Numbered from the stretch's first letter, positions 1-9,545 are shown. The stretch: DNA of 64,000 nucleotides from an uncultured Nitrospiraceae bacterium (GCA_963730935.1 CAVSTP010000003.1:288001-352000); one strand, 5' to 3'. The notes: generated by a model not told the origin, from the sequence alone. A program made the numbers and translations.

Positions 1-739
1 GGAGAATATTGGCCACGAGCAGGGTGAGCATATAGTTTTGAATGGCCCGGTCGATGTCGTCCAGAATGACGGCCGTAATCTTGCGCTTGGATAACGACGG
101 TCCGCTGATGCGCATCAGCTTTCGCTTGAAGGTATCGCCGGACAGCAGGAGAAAGACCACCAGCAGCAACAGCATGACCGTGTCGCCGAGGAAGCCAAAG
201 ATGCCCAATGAACCGGTCCAAAGCCAGTTCGCGAGTTTGGATTTTTGCTCTTGGACCACGACACGGGTCTGCGGCTTAGTCTGACCGTTGGCTGCCTGAT
301 CCGTGGCTTTCTCGAGCTCCCTGGCGGCCTCCTGGACCTTCGTCATGGTATTAGCTTGGCTGGCCATATCCCGAAGCGCGGCCGACAATTTTGCTGCCGC
401 ATCCGGAATCTGATCGAGAATCTTTTCGACCTGTGTCCGCAGCGATAACGTGGCAGCCGCCATGCCACAGAGCAGTGCCGCCATGACCAGCGTGGTCCCG
501 ATGAGACGTGGAATCTTGAGTCGTTCTAAGAGTCGCACGAGGGGATTCAACGTACAAGCCAGGATGAGGCCAAACACCAGTGGTATAAAAAACTTTTGAG
601 CGGAGGACAAGGCAAACACCGTCGCGACGGTCGCCACGATGATTGCTGCCAGGCCTCGAGAATCAGAAGGAAGGTTGGCCGTCGGAGCGTTGGATGACTC
701 AGGCGTCGAATGGGTGGCGGTGCTTTCCTTGGTCTGCAT
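1..739 (-). CDS. AI-2E family transporter (3' end runs off window)
   Basis: Manual minus-strand translation from ATG 739: ...FFIPLVFGLILACTLNPLVRLLERLKIPR...VFLLLSGDTFKRKL...DDIDRAIQNYM, typical AI-2E/PerM pattern; not in the ORF track because it is truncated. Confidence 0.8.
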   Translation of the reverse strand, partial: MQTKESTATHSTPESSNAPTANLPSDSRGLAAIIVATVATVFALSSAQKFFIPLVFGLILACTLNPLVRLLERLKIPRLIGTTLVMAALLCGMAAATLSLRTQVEKILDQIPDAAAKLSAALRDMASQANTMTKVQEAARELEKATDQAANGQTKPQTRVVVQEQKSKLANWLWTGSLGIFGFLGDTVMLLLLVVFLLLSGDTFKRKLMRISGPSLSKRKITAVILDDIDRAIQNYMLTLLVANIL

Positions 740-897
740 GCAGGGCGTATCCGGCAGATTCCGTACGTGCTCTATTCATCCATGACAACACAGCCCCAGG
801 GAACTCCCTACTAGGATAAGTCCTTGTTGGGTCGGATCGCAGGAACGCGGTCAGTGTAGAAGAGAGAGGATTGTGGAGGCGAACCGATGAAAAAGGC

Positions 898-1914
898 TTA
901 CGAGCGGATGCTTAAAGACGCGGTTGGTTGCGCGCCCTGGTAGTCGACTTCGATGGTGAAGCCGAGATCACGGATCATGCCCCATACTTCTGGTGCTGGA
1001 GCGCCCGGCGTAGTGAGATATCCATTGACGAAGACGGAGTCCGCCGGATAGAGCGCCAACGGTTGCAGGCTGCGCAGATTATGTTCGCGGCCGCCGGCAA
1101 TTCGGATCTCGGTGCGGGGGTGAAGGAAGCGGAAGAGGCACAGCACTTTCAAACAACGCTGCGGGGTGAGGTGATCGCAATGTTCCAGGGGGGTGCCGGC
1201 CACAGGATGCAGTGTGTTCACAGGAATGGATTCGGGATGAACCTCGCGCAGCGCCATGGCGAGGTCGATGAGATCGTCGTCGGCTTCGCCCATTCCCACG
1301 ATGCCTCCGGAGCAGATCTCCAGACCGGCAGCGCGAGCGTTTCGTAAGGTGGCGAGACGATCCTGAAAGGTGTGAGTCGTGCAGATCGAACCGTGGAAGG
1401 CCTCGCTCGTGTTCAAGTTGTGGTTGACCCGGTCGACGCCCGCCGCCTTAAGCCGTTTGGCCTGCGCCTCGTTCATCAGGCCCAGTGAGCAGCAAATCTG
1501 AATCGGCAATTCCTGCTTGATGGAGCGAACCGCCCCCGCGATCTCCTCGATCTCGCGGTCCAGCGGACTGCGTCCGCTGATGACGATGCAGTATCGTTGC
1601 GCTTTGGAAGCGGCGGCCTGACGCGCACCTTCGATCATCTGGCGCTGTGGCAAGAGGTTGTATCGTTCGATCGCCGCAGTCGAAACAGCGGACTGCGAAC
1701 AGTAATGGCAATCTTCTTGGCAGGCGCCGCTCTTGGCATTCTGCAGCATCTGCAGACGCACGGTCTTCCCGAAGTACTGTGAGCGCACCACAAAGGCCGC
1801 TTGCAGCAAGGCGAGGAGGTCCTCGTCGGGCGTGGTCAGAACTTCACGACATTCCGATCGCGTCAAGACCTCGTCGTTCAACGCTTTTCGCGCGAACACC
1901 GCACAATCCGTCAT
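898..1914 (-). CDS. bioB: Biotin synthase (radical SAM)
   Basis: NAKSGACQEDCHYCSQS (CxxxCxxC), NHNLNTS, CSGGIVGMGE, IRIAGGRE, YLTT. Confidence 0.96.
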   Translation of the reverse strand: MTDCAVFARKALNDEVLTRSECREVLTTPDEDLLALLQAAFVVRSQYFGKTVRLQMLQNAKSGACQEDCHYCSQSAVSTAAIERYNLLPQRQMIEGARQAAASKAQRYCIVISGRSPLDREIEEIAGAVRSIKQELPIQICCSLGLMNEAQAKRLKAAGVDRVNHNLNTSEAFHGSICTTHTFQDRLATLRNARAAGLEICSGGIVGMGEADDDLIDLAMALREVHPESIPVNTLHPVAGTPLEHCDHLTPQRCLKVLCLFRFLHPRTEIRIAGGREHNLRSLQPLALYPADSVFVNGYLTTPGAPAPEVWGMIRDLGFTIEVDYQGAQPTASLSIRS

Positions 1915-1952
1915 CTCATCTCCTCGTCAGAGAGTCTCATTTCTTCTCACGT

Positions 1953-2000
1953 CTTCTCACGAGCCCACCCACCGCCTGTCGGAACAAGCGTTTTCCCGGG
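1953..2000 (-). repeat. Copy of dispersed ~50-nt structured repeat module in bioB leader
   Basis: Minus strand CCCGGGAAAA-CGCTTGT-TCCG-ACAGGCG-GTGGGTGGGCTCGTGAGAA, similar to 57830-57877 and 9029-9069. Confidence 0.6.
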
Positions 2001-2066
2001 AGCCGATCGCCTGCCAAGAGGCGTGGTTCGGAGTCCCAGCAGTCCCTCGTCAGGGGTGAGCGAAAG

Positions 2067-3464
2067 CTACACGGTTTCGAATGGAGAAGCAATGCCTTGG
2101 TAGGGAATGCTGCGTCCGGCTGTGGACGCTCCGTCCCTCGCGGCCGTGGGACCGCCTTCCAGCCACGGAAGCGCGACGAAGGTATTCCAGTTTCCGCACC
2201 GGCGGCACCGCCCGGACCATTCCGTGGTGTCTTGTTGGCAGACGGTGCAGACGTAGGGCACGACGACGCGCTTCCTGAACTGAAGCGCCTTCTTGAGCTC
2301 GACGACCGCCTGTTCCATGTGCTGTTTGCGCAGGAACAGATTGGCCATGATCTTGTGATAATCCACGAGTTGATCTTGTGGGCCTTCAACGGTGGACAGG
2401 ATATCAAAGGCCTCGTCGACCATTTCCAGCCGGTAATAGAGTTTGCCGAGATAAAACTGCAGCACGGCGTTGTGCGGATCCCGCTGCAACGCCTCCTGAT
2501 AAATGCGGATGATTTCGCTCGGCTCCCCCTGTTCTAAAAACAGCTCTTCCAGCCGGTGAAGGATAATGATGTTGTGCGTCTTCGCATACACCTTCTTCAG
2601 AATCTCGACGGCGTCTTTGGTCTTGCCTTCCCGGATCAGGACCTCCCCCAAGCCGATATAGGCGGGGAGGAATGTCCGGTCTTTTTTAATGGCGCCTCGA
2701 AAATAGCGTCTGGCCTTGTCCGCATGGCCTCGCTCGAGCAACTGGCGGCCGACTTCGTACATGCAGCCGGTGAGTAGGTGGGCTTCAGCGCGCCGCTCCG
2801 CTTCCGGCAGATTGGCCTTTGCCATGCGGTGCTGTATCTCCAGCGCGTCGCTCCATTTCTCAAGCCGGATCAGCAGGTCTCGCTTCCGAATCAGACCCGT
2901 CAGGTTGTCTGGTTCGATTCTCAGGATCTTTTGCAGTGTCTGGAGGGCGTCCTCATAACGTTTGGCTCCCTCGAGGTCCTTTGACAGCTCCAACAGAATT
3001 TCAATGTTCCGGTCGTCGATGCGCTGTGCATTCTGATGCAACCTGATGGCTTCCGCATAATTACTTTCCGAACGATAGATATTGCCCAACCAAAGCAGCG
3101 AGTCGACTCTGTTTGGATCGATGGAGAGTGCCTTTTCGAACAGGCCCACGGCGTCGCTTGTCCGCTTCGACATGAAGGCATGGGTGCCTTCGCGATGCAA
3201 AGCGTCCACCTTCTCTTTTCGCCGCTGAAGCCGCGTGCTTCGCCAGTTGCCGATCACGTGCACCGTTTGCCGCATCCCGACGGCCAGGGCGACGAGCAGG
3301 GCGCCGACCGCCATGGAAAAGACGACGAGCGTCACGGCGCTCAGTTCAAATTGCGTTGACGGGCCGGTGTGGACGGTGATGGTGCCTGGGTTGAGCTCGC
3401 GGAAATAGCTGTAGAGGAAGATGCCGGCGCTGATCAGGAAAACCGTGGTGAGCAGCCTGAGCAT
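2067..3464 (-). CDS. LapA-domain/LapB-like TPR protein with C-terminal rubredoxin-type metal site
   Basis: Two N-terminal TM segments with LapA-like loop, multiple TPRs, YVCTVC...WSGRCRRCGNWNT. Confidence 0.8.
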   Translation of the reverse strand: MLRLLTTVFLISAGIFLYSYFRELNPGTITVHTGPSTQFELSAVTLVVFSMAVGALLVALAVGMRQTVHVIGNWRSTRLQRRKEKVDALHREGTHAFMSKRTSDAVGLFEKALSIDPNRVDSLLWLGNIYRSESNYAEAIRLHQNAQRIDDRNIEILLELSKDLEGAKRYEDALQTLQKILRIEPDNLTGLIRKRDLLIRLEKWSDALEIQHRMAKANLPEAERRAEAHLLTGCMYEVGRQLLERGHADKARRYFRGAIKKDRTFLPAYIGLGEVLIREGKTKDAVEILKKVYAKTHNIIILHRLEELFLEQGEPSEIIRIYQEALQRDPHNAVLQFYLGKLYYRLEMVDEAFDILSTVEGPQDQLVDYHKIMANLFLRKQHMEQAVVELKKALQFRKRVVVPYVCTVCQQDTTEWSGRCRRCGNWNTFVALPWLEGGPTAARDGASTAGRSIPYQGIASPFETV

Positions 3465-3468
3465 GGCG

Positions 3469-3888
3469 CTACGCTCGTTTGGCGGTATGCACTCTCGTTC
3501 GGGGAGCCGTTTTTGAGGCGGTCATCGGCTCCGGTGCGTAGCCGGGGACAGGAACACGCCTCGCGTCAGCCCACAACCGTTCCAGCCCGTAGTAGTGACG
3601 GGTATCCTGTCGGAATACGTGGACGACCACGTCGCCGAAATCCATGAGTACCCACTGCGATGATGCCTTGCCTTCGATGCTCAAAGCTCCGGACCCCGAA
3701 TGGGACAGCACCCCATCGACATGGTCGGCGATCGCTCTCGTTTGCCGATCCGAGTCGGCGGACCCCAAAACCAGGTAGTCGGCGACGGAGGTCAGCTTCG
3801 CAACGTGGAGGATGAGGACGTCCGTGGCCTTCTTGTCGAGCATGGCCTTCGCAATGGCAAGGGCCGTGGCCTTTGATGTTCGTGCGAT
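3469..3888 (-). CDS. rsfS: Ribosome silencing factor (Iojap); start uncertain (ATC 3888 or ATG 3843)
   Basis: DKKATDV, ADYLVLGS, WVLMDFGDVVVHVF, RHYYGLERLW; follows nadD. Confidence 0.9.
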   Translation of the reverse strand: MARTSKATALAIAKAMLDKKATDVLILHVAKLTSVADYLVLGSADSDRQTRAIADHVDGVLSHSGSGALSIEGKASSQWVLMDFGDVVVHVFRQDTRHYYGLERLWADARRVPVPGYAPEPMTASKTAPRTRVHTAKRA

Positions 3889-3898
3889 CGGCGTCCTC

Positions 3899-4582
3899 TT
3901 AGTAGATATGATGTTGAAGTATATAGGATTCCACCACAGGCGGCAACAGCTTTGCCGTGGAAGCTCCCTGTGCAATTCTTGCGCGAATGTCCGAGGCCGA
4001 CACGCTGTTCGGCGGCAAGCGTAGGCAAATCAGCGACTGGGCGTCGACAGGGACGTCCAGACGTACGCTCTGTCCGGCATCCAAATCCACGAGCGATGCT
4101 TGCGGAATGGGTGGAATCAACGGCAACCCCGAAAGCGCCTGGAACGACAGACCGGGCCGTGAAAGGACCACAAACGAGCAGAGGGTCAGCAACGTCGCGG
4201 GATCTCGCCAGGTCGGGAATTCCAAGAAGGCGTCCAATCCGATGAGGAAGAAGAGCCGAGCTGCGGGACCGTATTCCTGCTGTAAGAGGCGGATGGTATC
4301 GATCGTATAGGATTTCCCCGACCGGCGCACTTCGACATCGGATATGGACAGAGAGGGGTCCGAGGCAATGGCCAGACGGACCATTTCAAAACGGTCCTTG
4401 GCGGCCGCGAGGTTCTCATGTGGCTTGTGCGGCGGATCACCGGTCGGGATCAAGACCACTCGGTCGAGTGCGAGCACCTCACGCGCCTGGCGCGCAATCG
4501 CCACATGGCCATTGTGAATGGGGTTGAAGGTACCGCCCAACAAGCCTACCGACGACACTCCCACCTCACGGGGGCGGCTCAA
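3899..4582 (-). CDS. nadD: Nicotinate-nucleotide adenylyltransferase
   Basis: GGTFNPIHNGH, PPHK, SYTIDT, FLIGLDA, SASDIR. Confidence 0.96.
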   Translation of the reverse strand: MSRPREVGVSSVGLLGGTFNPIHNGHVAIARQAREVLALDRVVLIPTGDPPHKPHENLAAAKDRFEMVRLAIASDPSLSISDVEVRRSGKSYTIDTIRLLQQEYGPAARLFFLIGLDAFLEFPTWRDPATLLTLCSFVVLSRPGLSFQALSGLPLIPPIPQASLVDLDAGQSVRLDVPVDAQSLICLRLPPNSVSASDIRARIAQGASTAKLLPPVVESYILQHHIY

Positions 4583-5703
4583 AGGATCACAAGATTATCC
4601 CGATGAATGACTTCCTCGTACTCCTGCGGCCCAAGGCGCTGCTGAATCTCGGCGGTCTTGAGGCCCTTGATTTTCATCAAGGTGTCCGAAGAACAATTCA
4701 CGAGCCCTTTGGCGAATTCCTTGCCGTCCGGGTCGAGGCAGCTGATCGCATCACCGGCCTCGAACGAGCCGGTGACCGTGACGATACCGGACGCCAGGAG
4801 ACTCTTGCCGCGCTGGGTCAGTGCGTCGACGGCTCCCTGATCCAATGAGATGGCGCCGCGCGCCCGCAAGGTATAGCCGATCCAATGCTTGCGGCTGTTC
4901 ATCCGGCGAGCTTTGGCAAGAAACAGGCTCCCTCCCGGATTGTTGCCCGAAAGGATTTGCGGCAACAGGCCCTTGGTCTGGCCGTTCACGATCAGCGTTG
5001 CCACGCCATATTCGCTGACCTTTTTCGCCGCCCGGACCTTGGTGGCCATTCCGCCTGTGCTGCCGAACGTGGTCGACATGCCGGCGCGTCGTTCAATGTC
5101 GTCCGTAATCTCAGTGATCAAGGGAATGAGCTCAGCGGAAGGATTTTTCCGGGGATCTTCCGTAAACAAGCCGTCGATATCGGACAAAATCACGAGCAGG
5201 TCGGCATCGACGAGATGGGCCACCTCCGCCGCGAGCGTATCATTGTCGCCGACTCGAATTTCATCGACGGCCACCGTATCGTTTTCATTGATGATGGGAA
5301 TGACCTGGAATTCAATGAGGGCCGCCAGCGTGTGCCTAGCGTTCAGGAATCGACGCCGATCGGCCAGGTCCTGATGGGTGAGAAGAATCTGCGCGACCTT
5401 GATGCCGAGCGGCTCAAAGGATTTTTCATAGGCCCACATCAGCCGGCTTTGTCCGACCGCTGCTGCCGCCTGCTTCACCGGGAGACTTTTCGGATACTCC
5501 TTGAGCGAAAGCTTCTTGATCCCCGAGACAATCGCACCGGACGACACGACGAGCACGTCCCGGCCGGCTGCTTGAAGCGCCGCCAGATCCTCCGCCAGTC
5601 GGTCAATGCGATCTGGCTCGAGACCGGCTTCCCGTGAGGAGACGAGACTGCTCCCGATCTTGACGACGATGCGTTTCGCCTGCTTTAAGACTTCGTTTCG
5701 CAT
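4579..5703 (-). CDS. proB: Glutamate 5-kinase with PUA domain
   Basis: VVKIGSS, VSSGA, AAVGQ, NENDTV, GDNDTL, TGGMATK, EVIHRDNLV; start trimmed to ATG 5703. Confidence 0.97.
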   Translation of the reverse strand: MRNEVLKQAKRIVVKIGSSLVSSREAGLEPDRIDRLAEDLAALQAAGRDVLVVSSGAIVSGIKKLSLKEYPKSLPVKQAAAAVGQSRLMWAYEKSFEPLGIKVAQILLTHQDLADRRRFLNARHTLAALIEFQVIPIINENDTVAVDEIRVGDNDTLAAEVAHLVDADLLVILSDIDGLFTEDPRKNPSAELIPLITEITDDIERRAGMSTTFGSTGGMATKVRAAKKVSEYGVATLIVNGQTKGLLPQILSGNNPGGSLFLAKARRMNSRKHWIGYTLRARGAISLDQGAVDALTQRGKSLLASGIVTVTGSFEAGDAISCLDPDGKEFAKGLVNCSSDTLMKIKGLKTAEIQQRLGPQEYEEVIHRDNLVIL

Positions 5704-6710
5704 GCCGTCGCTCGAAGCTGTTCGATGCGTTGACCGACAAACGTGATCAGTTCCGTCAGACCCGCTCTCGTGGCTGAGGACACGGGCAGACAAGGAATGT
5801 TCCGGCGCCGGCAGAAGGTCTGAAGCGAGGTCATTCTCGTCCCGTCACCGGCCGCGTCGATTTTGGTCGGGATTACGGCAAAGGGACGCTTGGCGAGTTC
5901 GGGATCATAGGATGTCAGCTCCTGCCGCATGATCTCGAAGCTCGCCACGGGGTCTTCCACGGCCGCCTCGGAGACATCGATCAGGTGGAGCAGTAGGGAG
6001 GTGCGTTCGATATGGCGCAAAAACTGAATGCCGAGGCCCTTGCCTTCGTGCGCGCCTTCGATCAACCCGGGAATGTCGGCTACGACGAAACTGCGGTCTT
6101 CTGCATACCGCACGACGCCGAGGTTGGGGACGAGCGTCGTAAAGGGATAGTCCGCGATCTTCGGGCGTGCCGCGGAAATTGCGGCGATCAAAGTCGATTT
6201 TCCGGCGTTGGGAAATCCGATGAGGCCGACGTCGGCCAGCAGCTTCAGTTCGAGCCGGAGCTCGTATTCCTCGCCAGCCGTGCCGCGCTCGAAATGGGTC
6301 GGTACGCGGTTGGTGGACGTCGCAAAATGGCTGTTGCCTCGCCCGCCTTTGCCGCCGCGTGCGATCGTGACAGAGTCCCCGTCCGTCACCAAGTCCGCCA
6401 GGAGGTCGCCTGTGTGGAGGTCATAGATCGAGGTCCCGACCGGCAACAGCACCTCGACGGATTTTCCTCTGCGCCCGGTGCAGTTCGAGCCGCCTCCGGC
6501 TTTCCCATCTTCTGCCTCGTAGTGCCGCTGATACCGAAGGTCGAGAAGGGTGGTCAGCCGTTGCGAAGCGCTGAACACGACATCGCCCCCGTCGCCCCCG
6601 TCACCACCGTCCGGCCCTCCGCGCGGCACAAACATTTCGCGGCGGAAGCTGCAGCTGCCGTTGCCACCACGACCCGCTTTCACTGTAATGGAGACTTCGT
6701 CGACAAACAT
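5685..6710 (-). CDS. obgE: GTPase Obg/CgtA
   Basis: MFVDEV, glycine-rich Obg fold, GFPNAGKST, YPFTT, DIPG, TKID. Confidence 0.97.
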   Translation of the reverse strand: MFVDEVSITVKAGRGGNGSCSFRREMFVPRGGPDGGDGGDGGDVVFSASQRLTTLLDLRYQRHYEAEDGKAGGGSNCTGRRGKSVEVLLPVGTSIYDLHTGDLLADLVTDGDSVTIARGGKGGRGNSHFATSTNRVPTHFERGTAGEEYELRLELKLLADVGLIGFPNAGKSTLIAAISAARPKIADYPFTTLVPNLGVVRYAEDRSFVVADIPGLIEGAHEGKGLGIQFLRHIERTSLLLHLIDVSEAAVEDPVASFEIMRQELTSYDPELAKRPFAVIPTKIDAAGDGTRMTSLQTFCRRRNIPCLPVSSATRAGLTELITFVGQRIEQLRATACETKS

Positions 6711-6848
6711 CGAAACCACCTTGTCGATGAGGCGACCCTCATATCGCCGAAACGACGGCGGCAGCCATGGCGCGAACGTTCAGACCATGGCAGACCTCAT
6801 CCCTGCCGACGACTGCGTGATGACTCAGGAGAAAGGGAAACGCGGTGG

Positions 6849-7112
6849 TTACGAGGCCGCGGGCACGGGGTAGACGCTGATCTTCTGTCGCGCGCGTCCG
6901 CCCTCGAATTTGACAATTCCCGTCACGCGGGCGAAGAGAGTATGGTCTTTGCCGAGGCCGACATTGAAACCGGGGAAGAACTTCGTCCCCCGCTGGCGCA
7001 CGATGATGGCGCCCGCCTTCACGGTTTCACCGCCGTACGCTTTCACACCGAGGTATTGTGGATTGCTGTCCCGCCCGTTTCTAGATGAACCGCCGCCTTT
7101 ATTCGTCGCCAT
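6849..7112 (-). CDS. rpmA: 50S ribosomal protein L27
   Basis: [27 protein letters not shown]. Confidence 0.98.
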   Translation of the reverse strand: MATNKGGGSSRNGRDSNPQYLGVKAYGGETVKAGAIIVRQRGTKFFPGFNVGLGKDHTLFARVTGIVKFEGGRARQKISVYPVPAAS

Positions 7113-7124
7113 ACCTGTCCTTGC

Positions 7125-7439
7125 TCAAGCTGTTTCGATACCCGTGATCCGCAATTTCGTGAAGCCCTGCCGATGGCCCTTCGTGCGTCGATAGTTCTTG
7201 CGCCGTTGTTTCTTGAAAACCATGATGGATCGAGTCCGGCCCTGGTCGATGATCTCCGCCGTGATCTTTGCGCCTTTGACCAGCGGTTGTCCGACGAGGA
7301 GGCCTTTGTCACCATGGACCAGCCGTACGTCGCTCAGTTCCACCCTGCCTCCGACGTCGCCTGGAAGACGTTCAACCTGAAGCAGAGACCCGTGTTCGAC
7401 CCGATACTGCTTGCCGCCAGTTTCCACTATTGCATACAT
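7125..7439 (-). CDS. rplU: 50S ribosomal protein L21
   Basis: [22 protein letters not shown]; start trimmed to ATG 7439. Confidence 0.98.
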   Translation of the reverse strand: MYAIVETGGKQYRVEHGSLLQVERLPGDVGGRVELSDVRLVHGDKGLLVGQPLVKGAKITAEIIDQGRTRSIMVFKKQRRKNYRRTKGHRQGFTKLRITGIETA

Positions 7440-7574
7440 GAATGCTCTCCTCCGTAACAGAACGTCGTTATGTATCACAGTGATTTCAGAGGTGTCAAGG
7501 AAGCGTTGGGCACAAGTCCCTACCCCCTGTTGGTAGGCTTTTTTGCAACTGATAGCCGGCGTAAGGTGAACGCC

Positions 7575-7937
7575 ATGAAGACGGTCCGCAACACTCCGCG
7601 CACCAGGTTTGTGCTCAGACCCTATCGCCGGATTCCTACCTGGTACAGCTCCTATTACATGAGCGGAAGCGTGGTCGGGAAAGGTGTCGTGAAGAATCTG
7701 AGCCGCACCGGGTTGCGCGTGCTGGGTGATCATTCCCTCACGCCGGGCACCGACGTGTGCATTCGCCTCCACCTCGGAGAGACCGGTCCTCCGTTGGAAA
7801 TTTCCCGTGCGACGGTTCGCTGGGCGGACCAGTATGAGTTCGGATTGCGGATTGAACAGCTCACGCCATACGCGGCCAATCGCCTGGCCTGTCTCATCAA
7901 CGCTGACATCAGTCTCCGCCCTAACAGCGCGCAGTAA
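7575..7937 (+). CDS. PilZ-domain (c-di-GMP-binding) protein
   Basis: RPYRR (RxxxR) and NLSRTG (D/NxSxxG) motifs, VRWADQYEFGLRI. Confidence 0.8.
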   Translation: MKTVRNTPRTRFVLRPYRRIPTWYSSYYMSGSVVGKGVVKNLSRTGLRVLGDHSLTPGTDVCIRLHLGETGPPLEISRATVRWADQYEFGLRIEQLTPYAANRLACLINADISLRPNSAQ

Positions 7938-7974
7938 CCCGTCTCCCACGGCAACGCCTGTGTCGCTCGTTTGC

Positions 7975-8004
7975 TTGACGCTTCTTCAAAACCGCTGCTA
8001 TAGT
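7975..8004 (+). promoter_or_regulatory. sigma70-type promoter of ilvE
   Basis: TTGACG-18 nt-TATAGT, 10 nt before ATG. Confidence 0.6.
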
Positions 8005-8014
8005 CCGCTTCACT

Positions 8015-8926
8015 ATGGACCCGCAGGGAAAAATCTGGATGGACGGCTCGTTTGTCGACTGGGCGGACGCGAAGGTGCATGTCCTGACCCACTCGTTGCA
8101 CTACGGACTTGCAGCATTCGAAGGTCTTCGCTGCTACAAGGGAAAGTCGGGATCTGCCATTTTCAAGATGCAGGAGCACGTGGATCGATTGTTCGACTCG
8201 GCTCACATCGGCATGATGACGATTCCCTACGAAAAAAAGCAGGTCGCGGAAGCGATCGTCGAGACCGTGCGGAACAACAAGTTTGAGGCTTGCTACATCC
8301 GGCCGCTGGTCTACGTGGGATACGGAGCTATGGGCGTCTACCCGGGCGACAATCCGATCAAGCTGGCAATCGCTGCCTGGAAATGGGGCTCGTATTTGGG
8401 CGACGATGCGCTGGCCAACGGCATGCGCGCCTGTGTCTCGTCGTTTACCCGTCACCATGTCAACGTGTCGATGACGAGGGGAAAAATCTCAGGGTATTAC
8501 GTCAATTCGATCTTGGCCAAACGCGAGGCCAAGGCGAACGGCTATGATGAAGCCATTCTGCTGGATCCAGAAGGATACGTGTCGGAGGGGACGGGGGAAA
8601 ATATTTTCATCGTGCGGAAAGGCCGCCTGAAAACGACTCCGCTGACATCCATTCTCGAAGGCATTACACGCAATGCCGTGATTGAGCTCGCCCGTGAACA
8701 GGGCCTCGTCGTCCTCGAAGAGCGGTTTACGCGCGACGAAATGTACATTGCCGACGAAGTGTTCGTGACGGGGACGGCTGCCGAATTGACACCTGTGAGA
8801 GAAATCGACAAGCGCTCCATCGGTACCGGCAAGCCCGGTCCAGTCACGACTGCGTTGCAGAAGCGCTTTTTCTCGATCGTGCGGGGGGAAGATTCTTCGC
8901 ACGACTCCTGGCTCACCCGCGTTTGA
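8015..8926 (+). CDS. ilvE: Branched-chain amino acid aminotransferase
   Basis: LHYGLAAFEGLRCY, YIRP, SEGTGENIF, LEGITR, TGTAAE. Confidence 0.96.
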   Translation: MDPQGKIWMDGSFVDWADAKVHVLTHSLHYGLAAFEGLRCYKGKSGSAIFKMQEHVDRLFDSAHIGMMTIPYEKKQVAEAIVETVRNNKFEACYIRPLVYVGYGAMGVYPGDNPIKLAIAAWKWGSYLGDDALANGMRACVSSFTRHHVNVSMTRGKISGYYVNSILAKREAKANGYDEAILLDPEGYVSEGTGENIFIVRKGRLKTTPLTSILEGITRNAVIELAREQGLVVLEERFTRDEMYIADEVFVTGTAAELTPVREIDKRSIGTGKPGPVTTALQKRFFSIVRGEDSSHDSWLTRV

Positions 8927-8927
8927 A

Positions 8928-9093
8928 GAGACGCTGAAAACCCCTCCAGCTTCGTTCTCGCATCATTTAGAGGCTCCACGTACGAGAAAATGTGCGCGTC
9001 ACCTCTGCATTTGCTGCGGCTGAGCCTGCGGAAAGGCGCGTCTTGGCGCGCCGGGGTTGGGGGGTGAGATATGAAGGGCTTTTTGAGCGTCTC
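8928..9093. mobile_element. 166-bp MITE/REP-like intergenic element
   Basis: Terminal inverted repeats GAGACGCTGAAAA / TTTTGAGCGTCTC (12/13 match), internal hairpins, between convergent ilvE and secG. Confidence 0.7.
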
Positions 9094-9170
9094 CCTTGCG
9101 GTTCAGCGGTTCATAGGTACATCAATGCTGTCGTGCCGATGAAGCTAAACACGAACGAGCGGATAACTGT

Positions 9171-9536
9171 CTAGTGGGCGGCGGCGGGATCGCTTGAGGA
9201 ATGCGTATCGGCTGCCGGTTTGTCTGTGGGAGTAGGGGACGACGGGGCTGCCGGAGCCGTTTCGGAGCTGTCTTTTTTCTTGAGGTCGATGACGGTGGAG
9301 GAGAAGGTACGCTCTTTCGCAAGAATAGCCAGGCTGAGCGAGGTGACCATGAAGACGACGGCGACCACGACCGTAAATTTGCTGAGAAAGTTCGCCGGTC
9401 CACGGCTTCCGAACACCGTCTGGCTGGAGCCGCCAAATGCCGCACCGATTTCCGCACCTTTGCCCGATTGCAAAAGAATGGCGCCGATCATCAGGAAGCA
9501 GGCGATGACGTGAATGATGATGACGAGTGTGTGCAT
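9171..9536 (-). CDS. secG: Preprotein translocase subunit SecG
   Basis: ILLQSGKGAEIGAAFGGSSQTVFGSRG, two TM segments; follows tpiA. Confidence 0.96.
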   Translation of the reverse strand: MHTLVIIIHVIACFLMIGAILLQSGKGAEIGAAFGGSSQTVFGSRGPANFLSKFTVVVAVVFMVTSLSLAILAKERTFSSTVIDLKKKDSSETAPAAPSSPTPTDKPAADTHSSSDPAAAH

Positions 9537-9545
9537 GAATTTGGA

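Noticed and set aside
795..826. Shared TAGG/CCTA-type operator (also near 7517 and 56465)
   Set aside because: Instances are too degenerate to define a motif by eye; needs motif-discovery statistics
2022..2056. Hammerhead or SAH-riboswitch reading of CTGACGAGGGAC... in the bioB leader
   Set aside because: GAAA is GAAC, stem II is weak, and the SAH consensus elements are missing
6722..6760. Hammerhead-like GATGA-GGCGA...TCGCC-GAAAC between rpmA and obgE
   Set aside because: Core reads UCGAUGA rather than CUGANGA, and no stem I/III with a UH site can be formed; probably ordinary hairpins
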